Under the pieces are notes generated by a model. The model did no database searches. It was not told the DNA's origin and saw only the letters and a program-made list of their open reading frames with translations. Source: an uncultured virus (IMG/VR IMGVR_UViG_3300013306_000447) (lineage: Duplodnaviria > Heunggongvirae > Uroviricota > Caudoviricetes). Taken from it: a stretch of DNA of 64,000 nucleotides. Shown here piece by piece: positions 1-8,893 of this stretch. The translations under genes and the position numbers were made by a program. The number at the start of each line of letters is the position of its first letter. The first letter of the stretch is position 1. The stretch is taken from the IMG/VR virus record IMGVR_UViG_3300013306_000447, one strand, 5' to 3'.

Positions 1-159
1 CGCACCGACCGCAGCCACCTTGGCACCGATGAGAAACCGTTGCTGATCATCCCGGGCATGGTTGCCTCCGTGGACATCATCACGGGCAAGAAAAGCATCC
101 TGAGCTATCTGCTCAAGCCGATCATCAAATCCCGCGCAGAGGCGATGCACGAGCGTTGA
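1..159 (+). CDS. HlyD-family type I secretion periplasmic adaptor, 3' end only (LapC-like)
   Basis: Frame 1 reads ...PLLIIPGMVASVDIITGKKSILSYLLKPIIKSRAEAMHER*, the typical membrane-fusion-protein C-terminus (PGM...I.TG.+S+L.YLL.P). Confidence 0.85.
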   Translation, partial: RTDRSHLGTDEKPLLIIPGMVASVDIITGKKSILSYLLKPIIKSRAEAMHER

Positions 160-238
160 TTTTTTGCTGGCGGCACGGAGAAATGTGGGGAGATGTGCGA
201 AAACTTGGGTTTTCGCAAAAATAGTCAGATTTCAGGGG

Positions 239-266
239 TTTACAGAACCTTGGCAGTCGCTATAAT
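239..266 (+). promoter_or_regulatory. sigma70 promoter of the tRNA gene
   Basis: TTTACA (239-244), 16-bp spacer, TATAAT (261-266), GC-rich discriminator CGTCGCCC. Confidence 0.75.
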
Positions 267-280
267 CGTCGCCCTAACAC

Positions 281-357
<77 letters not shown>

Positions 358-364
358 ATAAATC

Positions 365-397
365 AAGGGCTTGCAGCGATGCAGGCCCTTGTTTTTT
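365..397 (+). terminator. Intrinsic terminator downstream of the tRNA (phage-supplied)
   Basis: AAGGGCTTGCA-GCGA-TGCAGGCCCTT followed by GTTTTTT. Confidence 0.75.
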
Positions 398-403
398 GCC
401 TCA

Positions 404-426
404 GACGTAACAAGGGACGTAATAAG
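404..426 (+). promoter_or_regulatory. Integrase arm-type site pair (left arm)
   Basis: GACGTAACAAG and GACGTAATAAG, 12 bp apart; same motif at 30456 and 30508. Confidence 0.7.
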
Positions 427-503
427 CGGCTTTGCACCAGGTTACGAGCACGCTTCGCTGAACGCCCCCGCCTACGCGCTTCCCCCGTTTTATGTTGACC
501 CAT

Positions 504-793
504 GGGGAAAAGGTAATTTTGGTAATTCGTTTTTTGAAGCGCTTTCAAAGCCTTTAAAATCAATGAGTTAAGCCAATGTCTTAAAGGTAATAATAGGGTA
601 ATTTCTTAGTAATCAGATTACCTTTTACCTAGGTTAGATCCTGACCTTATAAAGTCCTTTAAAATCAGGGACTTACGAAAAAATTACCTTTTCAATTACC
701 CTAAATTACCTTCTCTGGTAATCGCTCAAAGCCACGTCGCACAAGGCTTACAGCCCCCTCCCGCTACCAAATTCCCAAAATTACCTTTTTCCC
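504..793. repeat. Iteron-like GGTAAT/ATTACC array; candidate replication origin of prophage 1
   Basis: Ten exact hexamers, mostly convergent, 24-bp terminal inverted repeat with 2 mismatches, two IHF-like sites. Confidence 0.65.
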
Positions 794-1552
794 AGCCCTC
801 AACTGGAAATGGCCATCTGACAGCCTGAAAAAAACATGGCCGCAGACTCATCGGCTCCATTTTCGGAGAACGGATCTGGCTCGCTTACCAGGTAGAAAAC
901 GAGTGCAGTTTTGTGAAAGCCCTGCGACACCCAAAATCGGGCTGCAGCCCTCAACTGGCGGGCGTTGCAGCTGGATTGCTGTGGCTCGCTGACACAGCGC
1001 AGCACCTGCCGAAACAGACCGATCGCAAAATGGAAAACTCGCTCAAATCGACGTTTTCCAGTTTTTCGCCCAGCAGAACCGGGGTCTGCAGCGATTTCCC
1101 GCCCAAGGCTATACAGAGCCCCGCTGTGCAACCGCGCTGCACTTCTCTTCCAAAATTTGCAAACTGTGAAATGAGCGATCGCCTGTGAAGCCCCACGGCC
1201 GGCCTGGGCTGCAGGGTCGCTTGCACTACTTTTGAATTTGCACAAAAAAAGGACGCAAGGCCCGTCGGCGGGAGGGGGATAAGTGGTTTTCCAGATGATT
1301 TTTTTGTTGGCCCGCCCGTTTTCCCGTCGATCGACCTCAATACAGCAGCGGCTCGACCAGGAAAGAAACAAGGGACCATGTGCAATCACCTGGCGCCGCA
1401 GACACACCATGCACCAGCACTGGATCTGGTGGCGGAGCGCGCCCCGGGCGCATCGGAATATATTGCGCAACACCAGAACCGCAGCCATTCCAGGCCATCA
1501 TTTAATAGCGTATGATTAGAGGGTGACGATACTGAGCACAAAAACACACAAG

Positions 1553-1580
1553 AGAAAGCCCGCTAATTTGCGGGCTTTCT
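1553..1580. terminator. Terminator at the end of the tail operon (probably bidirectional)
   Basis: AGAAAGCCCGC-TAATTT-GCGGGCTTTCT just past the stop of 1600..2577. Confidence 0.75.
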
Positions 1581-1599
1581 TCGTTCTGTGACGAGAGAG

Positions 1600-2577
1600 T
1601 TAGAGCGTGATCGGCTTGAGCTTGGCGGCCAACTGCCCCGCTGTTGCGGCTTTCGTAGTGAATGCGGCGGCATCAGCCGGACTGGGTGTTGGTCCAGGAA
1701 CGTGCGTGTGTGCAGCCAACTGTGTGTTCATCTGCTGCACCAGGTCGAGCAGATCACACAGCACCTGCAGCACGTTCACCCCTTCGGAGCCCAGCCAGGT
1801 CTTGGGCGCCTGCAGGCGCTGACTGACCGCTGCCACGCTCTTGCGCATTCCCTGGATACGTTCGTCCATGCTGCCACCCACCGTGGCGTTGTGTTTCTGG
1901 CCCACCACCAGGTTCAGGTCGCGGCCGGTGGCTTGGTGCAGATCGTCCACCGCCGCCAGACTCGCGGATCCGCCGGACAGCAGTTTTAGCGCACCCAGCG
2001 CCTCGATCTTCTTGATGCCACCCACTGACTCGGTCGAGTGGTCGTCCACCGTCCTGGTGTGGTTCTGGAAGCTCTCGGTGTTGTCCAAGGCTTCTACTTC
2101 CCGCTCGATCGCCTTGTCCTGGATCTTGCCGTCAGTCTGGCGCAGCCAGTTGCCGTCGGCGTCGACGCGCTGCTGGCAGGCCTCGCTGTGCTGCCAGACC
2201 TGGTCGCCTTTCGGTACCCGGGGCAGGCTCAGGCCGTGTGGCAGGATCTGGGTGATGAAAGGTTTATGTGGCAGGCCATAGGCGAAGCTGACCACCACGG
2301 TGGTGCCCTCCTCCGGAAAGCCAAACATGCCGGCTTCTTGCCCGCCCATTGGTGCCGGCAACGGCAGGCCGGTGAGGATCGGCAGATCGGGATCCGGCTC
2401 GCCATCGGGCAGCAGCACTTCGACATCGACGCCAAAGCGCGGCCGGAAGTCGTCGCACAGCCCGGGCGCCGCCGGCGCGTCCGGCACCGCAACCACACGG
2501 CCAAAGCGCGGCAGGTGGTAGCCCCCGCTCAATTCAGGGAACTGGCGCGCTACGCTGCGCCGGATTGCGTCGTCCAT
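1600..2577 (-). CDS. Baseplate spike / gpV-like tail protein
   Basis: 325 aa, last tail gene; N-terminal OB-like region (GMFGFPEEGTTVVVSF), beta-repeat middle, C-terminal HTH iron-binding motif (AAHTHVPGP). Confidence 0.65.
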   Translation of the reverse strand: MDDAIRRSVARQFPELSGGYHLPRFGRVVAVPDAPAAPGLCDDFRPRFGVDVEVLLPDGEPDPDLPILTGLPLPAPMGGQEAGMFGFPEEGTTVVVSFAYGLPHKPFITQILPHGLSLPRVPKGDQVWQHSEACQQRVDADGNWLRQTDGKIQDKAIEREVEALDNTESFQNHTRTVDDHSTESVGGIKKIEALGALKLLSGGSASLAAVDDLHQATGRDLNLVVGQKHNATVGGSMDERIQGMRKSVAAVSQRLQAPKTWLGSEGVNVLQVLCDLLDLVQQMNTQLAAHTHVPGPTPSPADAAAFTTKAATAGQLAAKLKPITL

Positions 2578-3254
2578 TTGATCGCCATTTGATTGCCGGC
2601 AAGGGTCACACTGGTGATCCGCTCGCCCTGGTTGATAGTTGCACCTGGTCGAAGCCCTGGAAGGGGCGCGATCATGGCGCTCTGATTGCCCTGGTAGCCG
2701 TCGAACAGTTCAACGGGCAGCTGCAGCGCAGATCGGGTACCGAAAAAGCTATCGGCCCAACTGCCCACGAACAACTCGCCGTCGCCCTGCTGCTGCCAGA
2801 TAAAGTCGGGAATGCTGAACACACTGGCCAAGCTGTCCATGGCCAGGTAGCCCGCTGCCAGGCTGTAGAAGAACGGCGCCTTGACCTTGGCATAGGCCTT
2901 ATCCGGGATCCGGAACCCCAGCCCGGTCTTGTCGCTGATCTCAGCCAGCACGGCCTGCAGGTCGACGTGCCGCAGGTTCAGCGGCAAAGGGTTGGCCAGG
3001 ATCGAGGCCAGCTCACGGCAGGCCACCACTTGCTGGGTGCTGTTGGCAGCAGTCGACCGTTCGACGTAGCCAAGGAAGTGGCGCTGCAGCGTGCGCTCGT
3101 TGTAACCGAGATCCAGCGTTACCAGCCCTTTCAGCGACTCGCTGGCCTGTACCGTGAACGTCGCCCTGCCGGGGCTTTTGATGTCCAGGCGTACTTCGTC
3201 CTTGATCAGCGGATAGATCTGGCCGGCGATCGTCAAAACCTTATGCAGCTTCAT
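2550..3254 (-). CDS. Baseplate hub / late control D-like protein
   Basis: 234 aa, position in HP1-like tail module. Confidence 0.55.
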   Translation of the reverse strand: MKLHKVLTIAGQIYPLIKDEVRLDIKSPGRATFTVQASESLKGLVTLDLGYNERTLQRHFLGYVERSTAANSTQQVVACRELASILANPLPLNLRHVDLQAVLAEISDKTGLGFRIPDKAYAKVKAPFFYSLAAGYLAMDSLASVFSIPDFIWQQQGDGELFVGSWADSFFGTRSALQLPVELFDGYQGNQSAMIAPLPGLRPGATINQGERITSVTLAGNQMAIKWTTQSGAA

Positions 3255-3793
3255 GCTTTGGGCGCCAGGTAGTCGTCCAGCTTCTTGAGGGTCTTTTCAA
3301 AGCCACTCAACTCCTGGGCGTTGCCGGACTCGCCGGCGGCACCCGATCCTCCAACCGCCTGGCCGGGTGCTGACTGCGAGCTGACGCCATTCGCTGCGCG
3401 CCGCTGCTCGACCTTCTCGGGGTTTGAGGCCTTTTCCGACAGAGTGAACTGGACCAGCCAAGCCGCCAGAGTGTCGTCCTCCCGGGCGCTGACACCGTCC
3501 GAAAACTGCACCTCGCGGATGCCGAACGCAGCCGCCGTATCGTTGACGATTCGGTACATTTTCAGCTGGCCACCGCCGGCCGTGGCTTCTGCCAGGCGCA
3601 TGATCGTGCGCAGCTGCACCTTGTCAACAAAGGGGATCATCAGCGACACCGCCAGGGTTTTAGGCTTGAAGCCCTTGTGCGCGGTCTGGGTGTTGCTGGT
3701 CTGCCCGGACATGTCGTCGCTTTCGATCCGCAAGTTGGCGGTGATCTTCATCTTCTTGCCCAGGACCTGTTCGCCGTCGAGTAATAGGGTCAT
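3251..3793 (-). CDS. Phage tail/baseplate protein
   Basis: MTLLLDGEQV..., ATGA-coupled to neighbours. Confidence 0.6.
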   Translation of the reverse strand: MTLLLDGEQVLGKKMKITANLRIESDDMSGQTSNTQTAHKGFKPKTLAVSLMIPFVDKVQLRTIMRLAEATAGGGQLKMYRIVNDTAAAFGIREVQFSDGVSAREDDTLAAWLVQFTLSEKASNPEKVEQRRAANGVSSQSAPGQAVGGSGAAGESGNAQELSGFEKTLKKLDDYLAPKA

Positions 3794-4713
3794 AGGCCGA
3801 CCAACTCCCGGACAAAACTCAAGCCCTGGAGCGATCCGACCAGAAGCACGCCTGCAGACAGCACCCACTCATGACCTGGTGCTTCGCCTTCGAGCAGAAG
3901 GCGGCGCAGCTCGGTGCTGTCGCCCGGGCCGATGATCCGGGCACGCATGCTGTTATCGGCGTTGCCGCCGGCCAGCAGGGCTTTCAGATCGTCCAGCTGT
4001 TGATCGCGGCCCTGCTGCTGGGCAGCCTTGCGGCTCGCCAGTGCAGCCAGGTCACCCATGGGCGAGCTGTCGGCTGCGTAGCTCTCCAGGACGGCGAGCT
4101 GGCCGGCCATGGATTGCTTGGCGGCTTTGACCAGGGTGCAGCGCTCCAGAGGCAACGACTGCCACCGAGGCAGCGGTCCAGCGCTGGGGATCTCCCACTT
4201 TTCCGCCTCGAGGCGTGACAGGTTGCGGGCACGGCGTTCGGTGCGCACCAGGTCAGGGATCGGCAGCAAGGCGTTGAAGCGGGCCAGGGTTTCGGCAAAC
4301 AGGTCGTAGCGCGTGCCCAAAAACATCAGCGACAGCGCGTACTGCGGCCCGGCCGGGCGACCGGCGTCGCTGTTGTCGACCAGTTTGCTGGCCAACTGCT
4401 GCAGCAGGTTGGGTGCTGACAGAAAACGCTGGTTGCCCCGGCCCTGACCGATCCCGCTTTGAAACGGTGTCACGGTCAGGCACGCCGGTGCCTCGCCCAT
4501 CTGGCCGGCCAGTGCGGCACGGCCGGCGGCGATCGCGCTTTTCGCCGCGTCACCGACCGGCCCCGGGTTAGTGCTGGTCATGCCATCCAAGCCGGCAAGG
4601 CGCTGTGCAGTGCTGGCCAGCTCGCCGCCGGCCAGATCCTTGGCGGCGCTCAGATCTCCCATCCACTGGGTGGACTGCTCGGGCCAGCGCATGGTCACGG
4701 GTGCCCAATTCAT
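3790..4713 (-). CDS. Conserved phage tail-region protein
   Basis: MNWAPVTMRW..., 307 aa, coupled on both sides. Confidence 0.6.
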   Translation of the reverse strand: MNWAPVTMRWPEQSTQWMGDLSAAKDLAGGELASTAQRLAGLDGMTSTNPGPVGDAAKSAIAAGRAALAGQMGEAPACLTVTPFQSGIGQGRGNQRFLSAPNLLQQLASKLVDNSDAGRPAGPQYALSLMFLGTRYDLFAETLARFNALLPIPDLVRTERRARNLSRLEAEKWEIPSAGPLPRWQSLPLERCTLVKAAKQSMAGQLAVLESYAADSSPMGDLAALASRKAAQQQGRDQQLDDLKALLAGGNADNSMRARIIGPGDSTELRRLLLEGEAPGHEWVLSAGVLLVGSLQGLSFVRELVGL

Positions 4714-5270
4714 GGCTGAGCGGCCTCCCACGTCACCTGCTCCAGGGCGTCGACATCGCCAGAGGCCAGAGCTATGTCAAGCTGCTGTTTCAACTCGTTG
4801 GCGTACTGCAGCAGCTGCAGCTTGAACACGGTGAAGTCGTCACCAACCTGACGCAGTTGCGCGGCGCTGTGCAGCCGGAAAGCTTTCACCCCTTGCTCGT
4901 CACGACAGGCATAGGGCATGTCGACACCGCGCAAAATGGCGCCGGTCAGATTCAGTTGGTCGTCCAACTGGCTGCTGTACCGGAAGCGCTCCCCCAGCGC
5001 ACTGGATTGGAAACCACCGGTGATAGCGTCGACACAGGCGTCATCAATTTCGTCGATTTTTGCCGCATAGCGCTCTTCCAGGGTTTGCCCGTCGTCCTCA
5101 CCACTGCCTCGGATCGCTACGGGTAACCCGTCCGGATCACGACCGATACGAGCACCCGTTGATTGGGCCTCGAGTAACCCCCGGAACGTCGCCGTGGCAA
5201 TCTGGATCGAGCCGGGCCCATTGACTCCAAAGGCCCAGCGCTGATCAGTCTCTATCCATGTTGCAAACAT
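4710..5270 (-). CDS. Tail fibre assembly protein (DUF4376-like)
   Basis: Follows tail fibre; YSSQLDDQLNL and HSAAQLRQVG motifs, ends in ...VTW. Confidence 0.7.
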   Translation of the reverse strand: MFATWIETDQRWAFGVNGPGSIQIATATFRGLLEAQSTGARIGRDPDGLPVAIRGSGEDDGQTLEERYAAKIDEIDDACVDAITGGFQSSALGERFRYSSQLDDQLNLTGAILRGVDMPYACRDEQGVKAFRLHSAAQLRQVGDDFTVFKLQLLQYANELKQQLDIALASGDVDALEQVTWEAAQP

Positions 5271-5279
5271 TCTGCGTCC

Positions 5280-6878
5280 TCACTTGCCAATGGCAATCCA
5301 GTCGATGGAACCGCCGATATTCAGTTGTCCGGCGCCATACCATTGGTTATCAATCAGGAACCCCGTCAGGCTGCGATCACGCATCTGCGCGGCGTTGGAG
5401 TTGTTGTTGGCAGCGCCGGCGTACCAAAAGGTGGGTAGCACTCTGCAGAAACTGCTGTAGGCCTGGGCGAAAGTAACGCTGAGCGCGCCACCGGCCGCTT
5501 CCGCCCCAATGGTTGTGGTGCCCCAGTTGATGATGATTCCGCCTAGCCACGACGGAAAAACCACGTAGCCGTTGCCGGTCAGGCTCGCCGAGAAACCCCA
5601 GCGGAGCTTCTTCGGCGTGAGATAGGCGGTGTCATCGATGCCGGCGTCGGTCTGCACCTGGCTGGCCACTTTGGCACCGCCGGCCACGGTTTCAGTGGCT
5701 TGGGTCGTGGTCGCCGTCAGGGTGATATCGCCGGATCCATCGAAGGTCGCCGTGCCCGTTACCGCACCGCCCAGGGTGATGACCCGCGCCGTTGCCAGCT
5801 TCGCGGCCTTACCCACGACCGTGGCACCCGAGACGATGTTGGCGACGGCGGTCCAGATCAGCGCGGTGGCGGTTTTCAAGGCCTTGGTGGTGGCCAGAAT
5901 CGCGCTGCTGTTGGTTTCCTGGTCATCGCTGATCGCGTTGGGCAGGTTGCCAAGCCCCACATCGTCCTTGGTGGTGGCGCGGGCGCGCAGGTTTGCGTAG
6001 TCACCCACCCGGGCAGCGAAATGCTGGACCAGCGGCCCGCCGATCGGCTCCACCGGCCGGCGGTCGGTGATGGTGCTGGCACTGGGCAGATCTGCGAGCA
6101 GCACTTGGTAGTGCTTCACGCCCGCGCTGTCGGTGTAGTCCAGGCGGTTGGTCCCAAAGGCGATTGTCGCTTTGACAACCACGTCACTCAGCTCGCGCTG
6201 CATCGCCACGTCAATCCACACCGAGGTCGGAAATGCACCTGGTGCACTGAATTGCACAGCTGCACGCTCCAGGCGGATGCCCTCGACGTAGGCCGTCCCC
6301 GCCTTGAGCTGGTAGACACTCCCCACCTTTTCCACCTGCAGCGCGCTGCCGAAGAAACAAGCCCGGCCGAACACGTCACGATTGGCCTGGCGCTCGCGCT
6401 CATCGATGCCGGCCAGGCGCACGGTGAAATCGTGTTGCCAGGTGCTGGCATTGATCGTGATGCCGGTCAGCGCCTGGGCCCCATCGAACACCACCAGAAA
6501 GTTGCGCGTGAGGTTGTTGCCGAGCTGCAGCGGCGGGATATTGCGGCGCTTTTGCTGAAGCGGCACATAGGCCACGGCAAACAGCACATTTTCCGCCGTC
6601 TCCAGGCCGATCCAGTTGAAATCCCAGTCACCGATGTCCGAGCCGATCTGCGCGCTGTACACGACCTGGTTAGGGTTCACATACCCGGCGCTCTCGTCCG
6701 CAATCGTATGGGTGTAGACAATCCGGGCCGCTGCAGGCTTGCCGGCGGCTCGATCGACCGGGGCGTTGGTGTCCAGTCCTGGAATATTGGCAAAGATGAA
6801 TCGAGATACTTTTAAGCCGGCATTGGCGGCTTGTTTGGCGGCAATCAGGCTTTCACCTGCAAGGGTAAGGCTGGCCAT
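5280..6878 (-). CDS. Tail fibre protein
   Basis: 532 aa; P2 gpH-like N-terminus (IGDWDFNWIGL), TKDDVGLGNLPN repeat, C-terminal GYVVFPSWLGGIIINWG domain. Confidence 0.9.
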   Translation of the reverse strand: MASLTLAGESLIAAKQAANAGLKVSRFIFANIPGLDTNAPVDRAAGKPAAARIVYTHTIADESAGYVNPNQVVYSAQIGSDIGDWDFNWIGLETAENVLFAVAYVPLQQKRRNIPPLQLGNNLTRNFLVVFDGAQALTGITINASTWQHDFTVRLAGIDERERQANRDVFGRACFFGSALQVEKVGSVYQLKAGTAYVEGIRLERAAVQFSAPGAFPTSVWIDVAMQRELSDVVVKATIAFGTNRLDYTDSAGVKHYQVLLADLPSASTITDRRPVEPIGGPLVQHFAARVGDYANLRARATTKDDVGLGNLPNAISDDQETNSSAILATTKALKTATALIWTAVANIVSGATVVGKAAKLATARVITLGGAVTGTATFDGSGDITLTATTTQATETVAGGAKVASQVQTDAGIDDTAYLTPKKLRWGFSASLTGNGYVVFPSWLGGIIINWGTTTIGAEAAGGALSVTFAQAYSSFCRVLPTFWYAGAANNNSNAAQMRDRSLTGFLIDNQWYGAGQLNIGGSIDWIAIGK

Positions 6879-6886
6879 GGGGGCTC

Positions 6887-7411
6887 CTACAGGCTGGCAA
6901 CCAGCGTTTGCTGGTCGTCATTGAAATGGACGATGGCGGTGGCCACCGCGATCGGGGTGATGGTTGAGAAGTCGTAGCGCCGGCAAGTGCGGCCATATTG
7001 CTGGATCAGCACGCGCAGCAGCTCGGGGTTTTGCGACAGTTGAGAGTCGGTAAAACGCAGCAGCACCACGTCCCAATCGCGGTCGGGTTGACGCTCCTCG
7101 ATCTCGACATAACCGACGCCCAGGCGCACCAGGATGCGTTTCATCCCGGCAGTGCTGCCGGCGTCGACGGCGTTGATAAAGGCGTACTTGACCCGCAGCC
7201 GGTAGAGGCTTTCGGGTTCGCCCTTGAAGCGGGTGATGTCGCGCTGCCAGGCCAACAGATCGAGCACGGTCAGGTGGCAGGTGTCCGCGTCCATCTGCAG
7301 CAAGGGCCAGCGCAACCAGCCCTCAACCTTTTCCCACCAGCCCTGGGCGGCGTCCTTGAGTTTGGTCAGCTCGGTACCGGCCAGCCAGAACTTGAGATCG
7401 AGCTTAATCAT
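6887..7411 (-). CDS. Baseplate wedge / gpI-like tail protein
   Basis: LDLLAWQRDITR motif, between gpJ and tail fibre. Confidence 0.8.
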   Translation of the reverse strand: MIKLDLKFWLAGTELTKLKDAAQGWWEKVEGWLRWPLLQMDADTCHLTVLDLLAWQRDITRFKGEPESLYRLRVKYAFINAVDAGSTAGMKRILVRLGVGYVEIEERQPDRDWDVVLLRFTDSQLSQNPELLRVLIQQYGRTCRRYDFSTITPIAVATAIVHFNDDQQTLVASL

Positions 7412-8579
7412 GCAGCACCACCTGCAGGCTCTGAATCCGGGGGATGTTCAGCTCGGACACAATGTCGGCATTGGTAAAGTGCAGCGACTCGATGCCGGCG
7501 AACTGCTGGTGCAGTTCCTCGCCCAGGCGGCTGAAGGAAAAGCGCGACTGGGGCAAAGTCAGGGTCGGCTGATAGTCGCTCGCGGTGCTCTCGCGGAACG
7601 CGGCGCGGATGAACTGGGCGGCGCCTTCCTCCAGGGTCTGGCGCTGCTCGGCGGTCAGGGTCGACCGAGGCCAGATCTCGACGCTCAGCGCGTGCTGGGT
7701 TTCTGGCATCACCATCACCAGCAGATCGTCGCCGTGGCCGTGGTTGCCCTGGTCGCGGATATGAGCGTTGATTTGCGCCAGGTAGGTCGCCGCCGGCACA
7801 TCGGCTTCAAACAGCACATAGGCATTGGCGCTACCTGGTCCACGCGGGGCCCCGTGCTGGAAATACACGCCATCCGGACGCACGCCCGGGAATGCGGAAA
7901 TCATCGCCCGATACACCGCGTCGGTGTGCCACTGGTTGACCGCCGAGAACTGGTTGCGCACCCGCAGACGCAGTTCGTCGTTGCCTTCCGGATCGGCGCC
8001 GGGCGTAGTCAACCAGCCGTCGTTGTTGACCACCTGGGCAATGCCCGGGACCGGGACCGGCAAGATCGCGTAGTAACCCGGGGCCAGGTTGAAGCCGGCA
8101 CCGGTGTCGACCGCCTCCACGGGGATCTCCAGCTGCATCAGGCCGTCAGCGAACAAACCGGGTGCCGTGGTCACCAGTTGGTACACGTGGCCATTGATGG
8201 CGGCGGACTGCACCACCGTGTCGGCGGGCACCTCCAAGGCCCCACCGGGGGCCGTACGGGTGAACAGCAGCACGCCCTGGGCTTTGGTCGCGCCCTTGCG
8301 CTCGACGTTCACCGCCCAGGCCAGCATGTCCAGCCAGGCATCCACGGCGGTTTTGACAAAGAAGTTCGGCAGCACGGTGGCCACGAAGAACTCCAGAATC
8401 CACAGCACCGGTTTGGTGACCAGGGCGGTGACCACCCGCCAAAACGGCGAATAGGCGCTGGTGTTGCTGAGCTTGCTGCCCTGTTCGGCGACTTCGGTTT
8501 CCCACGCCTGGCGCAGACCGGCCTCGGTGGTCGGAATGCCGGCGTCGGCCAGGGCTTGTTTGAAATCTACGTCGCTCAA
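7404..8579 (-). CDS. Baseplate J / gp47-family protein
   Basis: TTG start overlapping upstream stop; GADPEGNDELRLR and PRGPGSANAY motifs. Confidence 0.85.
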   Translation of the reverse strand: MSDVDFKQALADAGIPTTEAGLRQAWETEVAEQGSKLSNTSAYSPFWRVVTALVTKPVLWILEFFVATVLPNFFVKTAVDAWLDMLAWAVNVERKGATKAQGVLLFTRTAPGGALEVPADTVVQSAAINGHVYQLVTTAPGLFADGLMQLEIPVEAVDTGAGFNLAPGYYAILPVPVPGIAQVVNNDGWLTTPGADPEGNDELRLRVRNQFSAVNQWHTDAVYRAMISAFPGVRPDGVYFQHGAPRGPGSANAYVLFEADVPAATYLAQINAHIRDQGNHGHGDDLLVMVMPETQHALSVEIWPRSTLTAEQRQTLEEGAAQFIRAAFRESTASDYQPTLTLPQSRFSFSRLGEELHQQFAGIESLHFTNADIVSELNIPRIQSLQVVLHD

Positions 8580-8893
8580 AACGTTACCTCGATCGTGCCA
8601 AACTTCAGGGTGGTGGCGGTGACCAGGTACTGACCTGGCTCCATCTGGGTGATCAATGCGGTACCGGGCACCAGGCGCTCGTCCGCCTCCACCAGCAGCT
8701 CCAACTGCTGAATGCAATCACGCTGCTTGAGCCGATCGCGCTCGGCGACCAGGGTCACAAGCAGACCGCTGTCGCGGATCATGTGAGCGATGTCCTGGGC
8801 GATACTGGCGCGGTCATCGATGAGCAACGGCTGGCGGGACAGATCCAGCACCAGGTCGTTGTCCTGGATCAGCAGGTCGATGTATTCGCTCAT
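8576..8893 (-). CDS. Baseplate wedge gpW-like protein (DUF2590-like)
   Basis: MSEYIDLLIQDND...SIAQDIAHMIRDSGL. Confidence 0.75.
   Translation of the reverse strand: MSEYIDLLIQDNDLVLDLSRQPLLIDDRASIAQDIAHMIRDSGLLVTLVAERDRLKQRDCIQQLELLVEADERLVPGTALITQMEPGQYLVTATTLKFGTIEVTF

Noticed and set aside
504..793. CRISPR array
   Set aside because: Repeats are 6-bp, irregularly spaced and in both orientations; no spacers and no cas genes
363..1519. ORF-track ORFs in the left non-coding region
   Set aside because: They overlap each other and regulatory repeats, with no RBS or recognisable motif
4710..6878. Tail-fibre inversion system or diversity-generating retroelement
   Set aside because: No invertase, reverse transcriptase, inverted fibre cassette or template repeat seen in the window
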